NCBI GenBank assembly: GCA_013265495.1
Contig: MU058669.1
Coordinates: forward strand, 790,234 to 854,233
DNA length: 64,000 nucleotides
Reading direction: 5' to 3'
Source of the DNA: Vicugna vicugna
Lineage: Eukaryota
Shown here: piece after piece, positions 13,401 to 27,428 of the stretch
How the letters are laid out: every line of letters begins with the position of its first letter
How positions within the stretch are numbered: position 1 is the stretch's first letter
The notes under the pieces: generated by a model
Database searches by the model: none
What the model saw: only the letters and a program-made list of their open reading frames with translations
What the model was told of the DNA's origin: nothing
Made by a program: the position numbers and the translations under genes

Positions 13401-14509
13401 GGCTTTTAAACTTTAATTCCCACCTGCCCTGGGGAAAGGCGGAGGGCTGTGAAACATGTATTCCTCTTTCCAACTGCAGAATTTCCAATTCCACAGACCT
13501 AGGGTGAGGCCTGGAGATCTGATATTGACAGGCATCCCAGGCGATTCTGACTTAGGGCTGCCAGCAGAAGCCCTCAGTCTTAGTCCCGAGACCCAAAGCA
13601 TCTCACATACATTTCTTGCATCATCACCCTGGGCACACATCCTTGGGAAGCTGTTCCTTGCAGCAGTGAATCTGTGTCCTGAATGAGGCTTATGTTTTCT
13701 AAAGATGAACTGTTTTTCTAATTTCAGGCTGCTTCTGTCCACTTCCCTGAACATTCACTCCCTTCTTTCTCCTGTGACACTCCAGTGTTATCAGTTTGGG
13801 CAAGAGGACGGGGTTTGCAGGGCCCTCTCTGGGAGGGAAAGCGGGACAGCAGGAGGTGGAAGGGGGAGGGGGTTCCTCGTCACCTCTCAGTGCCCTGGCA
13901 TACTGGTTGCCATGGAATCTGTGTGTGACTGTGAGGGTCAGGCTGTCATTGGTTATCTGTTTGGGCTCTGTTCATTGGCTACCCTGTTCCCATGGTGAAT
14001 CAGTCTCAGGGCCCCCAGCAAGCACATTAACAGGGGGAGGGTTGTGGAATAGGGTTCCCAGAGATCTCCAAAGTGCTATCACTCCCTTGCTTTAACCTTT
14101 TTCTCACTGAGAGTAATTATCTTCACTCGGTGGAGGTAATTATACATTCTGACACATTCTAAGATCAGGAATGAAAGATGTCTGAAAGCTGAAATCATAT
14201 TCCCCATTTTCTTCTCTTTCCCTAGGACCTTCCAAACCCCTCTTTCTCGTGTTAAGGCCATCAGATCCCAGAAAAGTAGAAGCCAGTGGGGAAGTAGGGG
14301 CTGTGGGAATAAGGAGTTGAAAGGCTCACTCTAAGTTGACTTGCGGGCAGTGGAGCCTGGATTGAGACAGCACTGGACTGGGTGTCAACAGACCGTGGTG
14401 ACCTCAGGGACAATCCCTTCCCCCTTCGGGGCTGTGGTTTCCTCATCTGTAACGTGAGATGGATGAACTAGATCACTTTGAGGATCACAGCCAGACCTAA
14501 ATTTCTCTG

Positions 14510-15100
14510 CAACTGCCTGGGTCCACATTTCCCAAACGCTTCCCACATCTTGGAGGCATCACTGATGCTCCCCTCTCCTTCCCCTCCTACATCCAATCTG
14601 TCAACAAGTGCTGTCAGTTCTAGTTTCAGAGTAGAGCACTCATCCGTCTCCATGACCATCATCATTTCCATCATTATGATCTCCCCCAAGCATCTGTAAG
14701 AACCTGTTGCTTGGCCCTCTGCTTCCACTCTTGACTATTCTCTGCTTGCTTTCACTTTCCTCATAGCTCCCTAGAGTGGTAATATAGCATGTAAATCAGT
14801 CCTCCCCTTGATTAAAACTCTCCAGTGTCTTCCCATCGTATTCAGAGCAAAGCTTTCAATCTATACTCTTGGCCACATGTCCCTGCATGCTGTGGCCTCT
14901 GCCTACTTCTCTAATATTGCATTAAACCCCTGTTTTTCTTCTTTCACAACAAGACAGACACACTAGTTACTCCACCCATCCTTGAAAGCACTAAGCCCTT
15001 TTCCACCCAAGGGCCTTGGCACACAGCTATTATGTCTCCCATTTCTGTACAAGTCTAGCTCCTTGCTTATCTGCTCCTCAGAGAAACTTTGTCAGAACAC
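14510..15100 (+). mobile_element. LINE-2 fragment
   Basis: L2 motifs (acatccaatctgtcaacaagtgctgtcagttct, aaaactctccagtgtcttcccat, agggccttggcacacagct). Confidence 0.6.
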
Positions 15101-15779
15101 CTTGAGTCCCCTTTAATTCCACTTCCCTTATTGCTACAGCTGTTTCATTTTGTTTATCGTGCCTCACAATTTATACATTTACAGTTGTATGTTTAATGTC
15201 TTACACCCCTGTACTTGCCAGCTCCTTGAAGCAAAGATTCCCACCCCCTCGTGCTCCATCATGAGTATATCTTCATAGCCTGGGCACCGAGCACCATGTG
15301 CTGCACTTGACAGGTGATTATCTGCTGAATAAATGAATGGCATTGGCCACAAATGGGAGGAAAGCTACAGAAAGGAAAGCTGGGAGAACTGAAGATAAAT
15401 TTTGCCTGGGACAATTTTTGTCCTTCCTTTAATACATCCCTTCTCAAAATGTTCCTGCCTATGGAAATCTAAAATATCTATTAAAAATAGGTCTTTGGGC
15501 ACGAGAAATAGGCATACAAATGTAATTCATAGATGACATTTTTATCTCACCATCAACGTAATGAAAAAAAGTTGTAGTTTGTGATCACAGATCAACTGAA
15601 TTTTAACTTTGAATGTTAAAATAGGTTTCTCATACAAACATTTTAAAGGGAGGAGGGAAGAAGCTTTTAAAGCAAACCAGTAGTGTTTCCTGGCGTACAT
15701 CACTGAAGGTGCTAAGTCGAGATTATCTTACCTACTCATGGTGCTGGTGTAGAAAACATCGACCTTACGCACTGGGGCC

Positions 15780-16222
15780 AGTGCTGCTGGTTGACTCCCC
15801 AGTGTCCATTCTACCTGAGAGGCTAGAAAACCTAAATTCTTGCCTCCCCGCTTCCCTTGCTGCTAGCAGTGATCAGGGGCCACTGTTCTCACTAATGAGA
15901 AAGGAGCAGACTTCCGCCACTACGGGGTGGGGAGTATTCTGCTAAGTTTTCGTTTTCCTGATGCAAAGATACAGAACTAGCTGCAACACTTCTCCCTCTT
16001 CTGGCTGCTCGAACATGGTCACCACATCTGGGAGCCGCCATCCTGTGCCCATGAGAAAAGGCCACGTCCACCTGGGGGAACCACGGGACAGCAGACCCAG
16101 ATTTCACTGAACCATGAGCCACGGTCTGCCCACTTTCCTTATCGTGTAAGAAGGAGAACTCTCTGATCATGCTACTATGGTCAGATTATTGTGTTACTTG
16201 CAGACAACCATGTTTGACCACA
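15780..16222 (+). mobile_element. MaLR LTR (MLT1J/K/L-like)
   Basis: cttcccttgctgctag, agccgccatcctgtgcccatgag, tgttacttgcagac 3' motif. Confidence 0.6.
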
Positions 16223-19148
16223 TTTTGTTGACCTCTGTTTAATAGACATTAATATAAACTTTGAAGAGAGTAGAAAAAGATAAAGCTACTTGCATATGCA
16301 TGCAAATACATGCAGTTCCGATGGAACTTAGCCCCCCAAATTCTCAATTAGTGAAGATTAACGATAAATTTTGTTAGGAAATTGCAAGAACAATTAATTG
16401 AAGCTCATTTAAAAGACTGTTTGCATAGAAAAATCCCCTTAAAAGTACCTCCTGCAGTGACCCTAGTGTGTCTAACACAGTGCTGTGCACATCAGACACT
16501 CATGAAACTTGTTGACTTCATCAGAAAATATGTAAACAACAACAGAAGTAATGTAAACACACTTCTGTTGGTGTTTGCAGTTGTCTGCGCGGTCCTGGCT
16601 CTCATCACTGTCTTAGCATTCCTGTGTTTTAGTCTGGCCCTAGTGAGATGAAGGGTGTGCCTTTTCTCTTTAGCATATATCCCCAAGAAACATCGTGATG
16701 CATATTCTGACTCTTAAGGGGGTTCCTGCAGGACCCTGAGCTCTGGGCTTGGCTGGGGTAGGCCTGATAAACAAGAGTCCAACTCAAGTGAATAACACTC
16801 CTTATTCTGGCAGGTTGACTCCTCCCTATGCCTGTCAGACCTTTAAATCCAAAACAACAAATCCTTCCTCCCAGTTCCCAGGAGGGAGGGCCCTCAGGAA
16901 TCTGGACATTGCTGGTCTCAGGGGTGAACTGCTGCTCTGCTTTGTCCATGGACTTCCCCAGGAGAGAGAAGTCCAGTGACTTGTAAATCAGTGTGAGCAG
17001 TGGCACCCTTTCTTCTAGTGAAGTTTAGCAGAAGTCCGATATCAAAAATTGATAAAATAATTAAAAATAGCATCTATTTTATTCTTTCCTATATGCTGGC
17101 TGATACTGCATTATGAGTTCTTTATATGTCAATCTCTTTTAAACCTCACAATGATATCTGAGGTTGTTTCCCATTTTACCAGTGAAATACAGATGCATAA
17201 AGCAGAGTTGTTTTATAAAAATGGGGAGGAAGGAGGCTGGATACTTTCCTGTTCGGTCTCATCTTCACCTCAGCGTGAGTTCCTGAGATACCCTGGTGCA
17301 ACCCACAGAAGTCCCAGGAACACAGTTTGAAACTCCTTCTGTAGCCAGAAGTCACAAAGTCACACGCTCCCAGGGGCCAGCTGAGTCACAGAGGAATGAA
17401 GGTGGTCCGCTGAGGGCTGTGCTGAAAAGTGGGGAGTATTGGCATCAGCACAAGGGGGCAGCTGTCACTCAGTTGTGGACAACCACTGCCAAACTTCGGA
17501 TCAAATAAGAACATGCCTGGCAGAGAGTCAGCTCGTGGGCCGCTGACTTGAGACTGCAGGGGGAATGGTGGGGAGTGAAAACACACCCTGTGGCCAGACC
17601 GCAAGGGTGCCATTGGGAGGCAAGATGTCCACTCTTGAAGGACATAACAGAGAAAAATCAAGCCCACGGGCCTTTTAAGATGCATGTGTGTTTTGATGGC
17701 CCACCACACTGACTAGTGAAGAATGATCTCTTCCCACTGTTTGTCCGCTGGCCTGACTTATTTTTAGCAAGCCCTTCCCCTGCTTGGTTTTATCTACTCT
17801 TCGCCATGTGTTTGCCAGGAGTGGCCAAGCGTCTAGTCTCACACCTCCTCTCCCACGCAACCCCCCGACTGTCTTCTTATTTAAAGAAAAACAAGATTAT
17901 CATGGTGAACGATGAGACATTTTAAATTATACAGCAGGCAAAAATGAGCCCTGAGGGAAGATTTTGTTCCATTGCCACTTAGGAACATTGGTCCTCATTG
18001 ACATCCAAATGCAAAGCAGATGGGTGGTCAGGATGCCTCCAGCACATGTCTGTGAGGCCTTCCTTGGTATTCATGCACTCATGCCCCCGGAAAGTGAGAG
18101 TGTGTGCAGATCTATCCGTGGCAGCCAAATTCTAAGCCTTGCGTCCCTGCGTGCTTTACAAGCTTGGTAAGCTACAAGGGACCGCCTACTGATGAAACAG
18201 TGCATAGACATTAAGCAACTAAAAGGAAACACAGTCAGCACTTATTTATCAGGTCAGTTGGAGGGGATTTGTGCTATGAAAATTCCAGAATACAGCTGAA
18301 AGAACATTACACGCAGACAGAAAGGGGGTCCTCAAATGTGGGACTTGGTATAGGTCAGTGGCTTTCAAATTTCTCTTTTCCCCCCTCCTTTCTATTTTTC
18401 CTTCCCCTTTCCTTTCCTTCTTACCTTCAGAATCCATTTCTCAAAAGAAATTGTATTCACAAGTCCAATATGTAAAACAGGAAAAAATGGAGCTACCCAT
18501 GTCCCATGTCGGGGCTGAAACCTCACTGACTTGGTCACCCCAGGACTTGCAATATGACATCGGAGTCACTTCCAAGAAACTTCATTTTTGAACCACAGGA
18601 AACAAATTTATACCACCATGGGAACTCAACTATTTCCAAGTTCTTACTCAGAACCAAGAAAAGAAGAACTCTTTATCCATTAAAGATGGAGAAACTGAGA
18701 TCTACAAGGGTCAGGTGACTTGCCTAGAGCCACCCAGAGTGCTAGAGCCAGAGCGAGAACACACTTATAATTCAGTGCTCCTTCAACCACTCAGAGGTGG
18801 TACAGGATGGTGGCTGAATTTCAACCCACCTGGCTACAAGCTATGGAGCCCTGGAAAGATATTCTACATTTCTGTGGCTCCTCATTTGTAAAACGAGACG
18901 TAACGTGAGTCCCACTTTGTACTTCTGCAAAGATTCGATGAGATAAGGCACACAGAGGACCCAAAACTTGCTTAGCATATGGTAGGTGCTCAATAAATGC
19001 TAGTGGTACCTGTAAGATCCCACCTCCTTTCTCCATGCCTTTCAGCTACAGGACATTAGAGTCGTGACTATGCCTGTTCATCTTGACAGAGCACATCACC
19101 CAGACACAGGATATGTCCAGATAATCCACAGCATGCAATGGACAGTTA

Positions 19149-19730
<582 letters not shown>

Positions 19731-19929
19731 CTATGCATATTCTTTTGTATCTTAAAGGATGTGAGAGTTGTAAAGCTCCTTAGAAGTCCAACCTGTCCAA
19801 CTCGCTATAAAATGTTTATGATAAATGGATGACCAGCTCAGTATCTTATGGGAGGGATTATCCCGTTGTTTGACAGTTTTAATCATTAGAGGTGTCTTCC
19901 TCACCTTACTGGAAGAGCTGTTGTAACAT

Positions 19930-20362
19930 CTGTTCTTTTTTTTTGCCTGCCTAGCAGCAGCCATACCTCCTTGCTCTGGAAGAAGAACTACTTCTGTCCC
20001 ACTCTCAGTCCTCCTGGTTCAAATGAGGCCCATCACCCTGGTTACAGGGTGAAGCACATCACCCAGGTCTGGCCATTGATGGACTCCACTCCCCTGGCCA
20101 GAACAATTCCTTCAAGGATGGCATAGGACTCGAGACTCTTTAATGAGCAGTGGCCCTGAGAGTCAGAGTGAGAGGTGCAGAAGCTATCCATGATGAAATA
20201 ATTTGGGCCACCCTAAATTCAGGGCTTACCCTCAACTGCCTAGAGACATGTGTCAACAGGCTCTTGTTTGTCCCCGGGAGCATGAACCAACCCTTCTGTT
20301 TGCCTAAATCAGTTTGAGTTGAGTTTATTTTGTCTACAACCAAGACAGCCTTGGCTAACAAG
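19930..20362 (+). mobile_element. MaLR LTR (MLT1K-like), about 280 bp upstream of the exon 11 acceptor
   Basis: cacccaggtctggcca; 3' motif tttgcctaaatcagtttgagttgag...caaccaaga...ctaaca. Confidence 0.6.
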
Positions 20363-20488
20363 GTAGTGAAGGCAAGTTTAACTCAATAAACATTTATTGG
20401 GTACTTGTTATGTGCAAGCCCTAGGCTGGATGGTACACTGTGGTCTCTACAGTCAGGGAATTACAAACTAGTGGGAGAGATTGGTATA

Positions 20489-20510
20489 CACACACACACA
20501 CACACACACA
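20489..20510. repeat. (CA)11 microsatellite
   Basis: Direct reading. Confidence 0.95.
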
Positions 20511-22312
20511 AACACACAACTTTTCCAATCTACAGGGTATGCTTGATACGTGCTATTTAGAGATACAAAATGCTGCAGGAGATCAGGAAGGAATTAATAC
20601 TGGCTGGGGAGATCAGGGACCATGTCATCCAAAGGGTGACATGTAAGTTTGGCATTGAAGCGGGGGTAGGATTTTGACAGGTTGCTCCAGCACAGAACAC
20701 ACTCCCAGAGGAGGGACTCACATGACTCAAGGCCTGGCAGAGAGAAAGTGAAGCAGTATCACAGATATATGTATATATTTTTGCAGGGAGACCACTAAGA
20801 AGTGCACAAATAATTTCGTTTTTAAAAGTCATGTAGATAAACATATAATAGTTGCAAGGAATGTTCATCTTTGGGCATCCATCATGTGGAATCACCAGCC
20901 TCGCTCTTCTGTCTTTCCTACCTCTACCTCACGGCAGAAGCGTGGCATCTATGCTATAAAAATCCACTGCTCTGCTGGCCTGAGATCAATAGGTCCTGGA
21001 AATCGAACATGACTCCGTGAACAGATGTCATAATGTTCATTTCTGAAATGAGAGACAGGTCTGTGCAAGTCCGTCCGAGGTAGATGGCTTTGTCTTACAG
21101 TGCTGCATCACAGCCCAGATGTGAGGCTGGGACAGATGCTGTGCAGACCCGGGGCCCGCCCAACTGCCGGCTGGTGTTGCTTTGGAGAGATTTCCTCTGG
21201 TTACTCCCGATGGCTGGGATTTTTTGAGAAGGTGTTTTAAGTGGAATAGAAAGCTTGGCTTCAGAATGACTTGTTTCTCACTTACAGAAAGAAACTTTCC
21301 ATAAAGCACTGTGGGATCAAGTGTGTATTTCATAGTAATTCTATTTTTTTTCCTAACACCCACTGCATAAATCTTGATACTTTTTACAAACACTTACAAG
21401 CCATTGCCAAGGAGGAGATATCTACCCTTTTCTCTGTAACCTAACATAGGTAGAAGAGAAATGGGAGGAGAAAAGTAATGGAAATGACTTAGAGGCAGTG
21501 ACCACAGGTTACCCAGAAATTGGGTGGATGCTGCCCAGCTTTGAAAGTCGTAAAGGGAATTGAATGGACTTGTTTTATGCCTCCTGATGTGAGTTAATAA
21601 AAGGGACTGTGGACTGGAAAAAAAAATCACATAACCACATCATCATAGTGCTTGGTTCATTTTAGCAGTTCCAAGATTTATCCCATGGAACGTTATTTTT
21701 GGAAGGATGTTCATAAGTATGACATGAAAATTAACATGATTTTAAGCAGGCTACTTTGAGGCAGGACTTCTCAGAATCTTTTAAAGAAAATTATGTGCTG
21801 AGAATTTCCAAGAGGGGTAGGTATGCATAGTGTTTCCAAAATTATTTGGCCATGGATCCCTGACCATAGGCGTAGGATGCCCACCAGTGGGAGATGCTAA
21901 GTTCAGTGGACCTCACTTTGCAGGTAAGAAACTCAGGTCCAGAGAGAGAAGGTGGTTTGTACAAAGCAGGAGAGTGGTAGCTTGTTCGATGTTGACTGAG
22001 GGGTCCCAGGAGTAGATTTTCAGCGCCCGAGGAAGTTCCCGGATTGCTGCAGGATCAGTCAAGGGCAACTCTAATCAGGGAAAGTAGACCTGGATGCTTT
22101 GCTTTGTGACTCACTGTCCTTGTGGCCTCAAGTGAGATAGCTGTCCTCTTGGATATCAATTTCTTTTTTTTTTTAAGGCATAATACTTTTTGCTTATCTA
22201 TTTGACAGGAGTGTTTTGTGAGAGTCAAAAGAATTCAAATACGTGAGAGGACCGTGAACTGTGGGCATTTCACAGGTGCTCAAAGTTATTTTCTTAAACT
22301 GACATCTTATGA

Positions 22313-22490
22313 CAGTGGCTCCCAAACTTGAGCACGTAGCGTATCAGAAGCACCTTGGGGGCTTTCTAAACCACAGACAGTAGAGTTTCCAGATCAGTGG
22401 GTCTGGGGAGGCCTGGGGATTCACATTTCTAATAAGTTCCCAGGTGATGATGATGCTGCAAGTCCAGGCATCCCACTTGGAGAACCACTG
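22313..22490 (-). mobile_element. MER5A-like hAT-Charlie MITE, near full length
   Basis: TIRs cagtggctcccaaa / ttggagaaccactg; internal catttctaataagttcccaggtgatg. Confidence 0.85.
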
Positions 22491-25006
22491 CCCTAGGAGA
22501 TCCTGAAAGAAAAATATGTCTAGAAACAATTTTGGGAAAGCAGTGATCAGTTTTGATACAGGTAAAAGCAAAGAGGGAAGAAAACTATCAAGGATGGAAA
22601 TGCACTTTGAGCCAGGCACTGTGTGGGGAAATAATCCTCACCCCAGCCCTGGGATGAAGGATTCATGTTCCCTGTTTTTGCAAGGGTGACCCTGGGAGGA
22701 ATTCAATGGCTTATAGGAGCCATGCAGTCAGTAAGCTGGCAGCGTTGAAATTCAAATCCAGCTGTCCGCCTCCAAAGTTCACTCTCTTTCTGATTCACTG
22801 AGACAAAGGGCAGGCCAGAAAGTCAGTGTAATTCGGATACAAAGCCATACCCATGCAAGGAACAGAAACTTCATCTGCAGGGTCCAGCATCTGAGAATGC
22901 AGACACTGTTGTTCTCACTGCTAGTTAATACGAGCCTTACAGTCCAGTGCTCGGATGTGGTGTCCCAGCCTGCAGTGTGAGAGCCAGGGCCACATGTTCC
23001 AACTCTGCTGCATGTCCTTTGCCAACCTGCCTAGTCTCCCTGGGCCTCAGTGTCCTCATCTATAATATGTGGGAAATGATCATATCCACCTTCTGGGGTT
23101 GTTATGAAAATAAGAGCAAGGGGGAGGGAAAAGCAGATGAGAGAGACCCTGATTGACTTCGCTGATTTAAAAGGCACAGAAAGGAGAAATCTGGAGGCTT
23201 CCAAGTGAAATTTTTTCTGAACTTGCTGGTCATTTGTGGCTGAGAGATGCTTCCCCAGATCCCTCTGTTCTTCCTCAGGGGAGCAGAGAAGGAAAGCCAA
23301 ACCAAAAATCAAGAGAAGGCATCCATTTGGGCCCATCATGGAGTCTTCAGAATACAGTTTTTACTGGGCAGAGGGATAGGCCTGGGGGAGGGGAGGGGCT
23401 GGAGGAGGGCTGGCAGCTGAGGCATTCAGAGGCAATTCTGGTTTGTCACTGATGCGTCAGGGACCCATGACTGATAGCTGGCTGCTGAGGGGCTTGCCCC
23501 CGGGATAATCATACCATTGTTCTGCCCATATCACAGGCCTTTTACTAAGGGAACTGTATTACATGGAGTGAAGGTGAAGATGAATGCTGGTGGAGGTGAA
23601 AAGTTCAGAGCAGTTGCCATGGGTATGACCTTAAGAGCTTGGTGGAGGTTCCCATGGAAACCAGCCTCCAGATGCAGCGTTAACCATCCAGATCTCTATC
23701 TTGCATCAGTGAAACTTCCCAACACCAGAGGCAGTCAAAGGAGGATAAAGCATAGAAGAACGTCCCCCTTCTCAGGGGGGATGATCTTCCCAGGTCACCT
23801 CAAAAGCCACCTTCCTAGAAAAGACTTTCTTTATTCTATCTCTTTCTTCTTTGAATTCCCTTGTGCGGCTCTCATGACCATCATGACATTATTGCCTTGG
23901 TCTGAGAATGAGATTTTAAAAGCCCCTAAATGGTTGCTTCATCCTGACCAGAACTCAGTATCAACTTGGTATATGCTTCAGCTCGGAGACCCAGCCTGGA
24001 GTCTTCAGTTTCTGTGAGTGAAGCTATGGTGGTCCCTTTCCTGCACGGGACAGCAGCATTCTTCTTCCATTGCCTTTTGTTGCTCCCCTACTCAAGTACC
24101 TTCATGCTCTTTCAGTGCAATCAATCCACACTCTTTCCCTTGTCATTTTTTAACTCAAACGTATCCCTGACTACCCAACCCAAGCCCTCTACAGATATTA
24201 TCAGTGTTTTCTCAGTCTCCTTTCGCACCTTACTTACTTCCATCACCATTCCACAGTTAATACTTGAAAAATTCTTGGGCTGGCTTTCTCTCTATTTGAA
24301 TATGGCCACTTTTCAAATTCCACATCCTTCTTGAGGGCTAGACAAACTCATGTTAGCCTTTTTCCTGAACCTTGATTCTCTGCTATCTTACCATTTTCTT
24401 TCATTGTCTTTCCTACCCCGTTAAATATTAAGATCCTTGGAGATAAGGATCAAACTTTTACTTCTCAGTGGTTCCTTCAATACTTAAAACAGTTCAGGGC
24501 ATTCAGTGTGTTCTCCAAAATGCTTCAGTTTATTGAAGATTTTATAGCAATTGTGCATGGTCTTATTTCAAGTGTGGTAAATGGAGTAGACCTCTCCCTA
24601 ACACACAGACAGCCATTACACAAGGCAGGGTAAGCCATCAAAGAACAGGGAAAGCAAGAACAATTAATAAGGGGAGTCCATACTATTGTGGGGAGAAAGA
24701 AATGACACCCTGGGAAGCGCAGTGTTTGATACAGGTTCGGAGGGAGAGGCAGGATTTTAGAGGTGCAGAATGGAAGGGGGAACTCTACAGAACAGGGTGG
24801 CTTGGGGTGGTCTGACTGAAATGGGAAGTGCAGGAGAGGGCAAGTGACTAGACAGCTTGGCTGTATCCGGGATGCGTCGAACACCAGGGAGGAAATTTAT
24901 ATTGAGAGAGCCATAAGCGACTGAGCAGGGAAGTGACAACTCAGCAGCCTGCCTTGGGGAAAACTGATCTTCAAGCTTAACTGTCACCTGTGTTGGATGA
25001 TGATCA

Positions 25007-25456
<450 letters not shown>

Positions 25457-26075
25457 TCAACTCACAGGGAGGGAAGCCTTTGGCATGGCAAAGGAGGAGG
25501 TCTCCAGCATCGGTTAACTGGGAGACATTTCTCTGGCTCCTAAGTCGACTTCCTGCCTTTCTGTAGTCCTCATTACAAAACGTCTTGGGTTAAGGAAGCA
25601 AACTCTTAAAATAAGAATGTTTCATTGAGATGTGCTCAGCTTTTCAAATTATATTCCAGGAGCTCTTGTAATTTTTGGAGGTACCTCTGGCTTTGCTATG
25701 TTAGGGAAACAGACCTTAAACTGGCTCCAGGTTTCCCATGATCAGTCACTTAAAATCATTGCAGCTTTATGTATATCGACTTTAGGTGCTGGACTTTAGC
25801 AGACTTTCTTCGAAATGGCTTATACTGAGGATGGATAGAGTTAGAACCACCACAATTTAGTTTCACCTTTTTGTTTTATGTATGGGGAAACAGTGGCTCA
25901 AAGGAGGGTATGCGACTTGTCTCAGGGCACAGAGTGACATCATGGCAGAACCAGAGAGCAAAAGTTCCTCTGACTTCCAGGGCACTCCTTTTTCTACTCC
26001 CTCTTTCTACCTACCACACAGTTTTGGCAAGAATAACCAGCTCTCACTCCCGGGGAAAACCTTTGTGTTGGTCTA

Positions 26076-26441
<366 letters not shown>

Positions 26442-27393
26442 TCACGAGGAGGCACTAAGCCTGAAAACTGCCCCTTCTGAGGGGTGAGGGTTTAACTGTT
26501 TAGGCACCTAAACTGTTTTGGACGATGCAAGTCAAGCCCGGCCAGGAAGATTTAACTTCTTGAAGTTGTTCCCAAGGCCAAACTTGTCTTTCCCTGATGC
26601 CTGTTAACCTGTCTTTTCCTGAGCTCATTCTGAACTGTTGTTGGAGCTTTATGATTTAAACCTTACATTCCTTTTGCTTTCTTTTTAGGTTAACTGTATT
26701 TTTCCAGCTAGATTTAACTTCCTAGGTGATGGTTATTTTATCCTTTATTTATTTCTCTTATTTCCTATTTTTAATCTATTATAATACTGAGCATATGGCC
26801 GTGCCTGAAAATACTGACTATGTTATTTTTTTAAAAAAGTGAGTAGATTATTTGTCCTGACTCATTTTTCCAAGGTCTTTCAGCGCATATTTATCGGATC
26901 CCTATTGTGTGTAAAGCTCTGAGCTAAAACATTCGTGGTGTTGTGTGGCAGGGCTGAGAGTGATATAAAGAAGTCTTAAGAGACAGTCCTTGCTCTGAGG
27001 GTCCCTCCAGTCTGCTTGGGGAGACATGACACACACACGCATGTCATCCCCTACGTGATGAGGGGACCTAAGCAGCTCAGAGAAGCGGAAGTCAAGTATG
27101 GGAACCTATGCCGGGCAAAACAGCAGGAGGAGAGGACTGAGGTCACGAGGGATGGACAGGGTGGTCCCAAGCCTTTCAGGTCAGAGAGAACATGGGCCAA
27201 GATGTGAAGGCAGGAATCTGCCCAGATGTGTGAGTTCACGGGGTCCAGGGTGGAGGATAGGCTTAGCCCAAAGGGCCATGGGCACTTGGGTTTCTAGCTA
27301 GCAGAGGGATTCAAAGTCCAGGCTAGGTGGTCTAGACTGTATCCTGAAGGCAACAGGAGTCATGGAAGGTTTACCAAGAGCAGAATGGCATGG

Positions 27394-27395
<2 letters not shown>

Positions 27396-27426
<31 letters not shown>
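27396..27426. repeat. (CA)15 microsatellite
   Basis: Direct reading; perfect repeat. Confidence 0.95.

Positions 27427-27428
<2 letters not shown>

Noticed and set aside
24038..24060. REST/RE1-like half sites (also near 16081, 33825 and 49704)
   Set aside because: Only half sites or wrong spacing; no full TTCAGCACCnnGGACAG match.
23517..24334. Overlapping 166-aa and 122-aa plus-strand ORFs
   Set aside because: No recognisable domain, non-ATG or weak starts, partly L2-like sequence; length is within chance for 64 kb in six frames.
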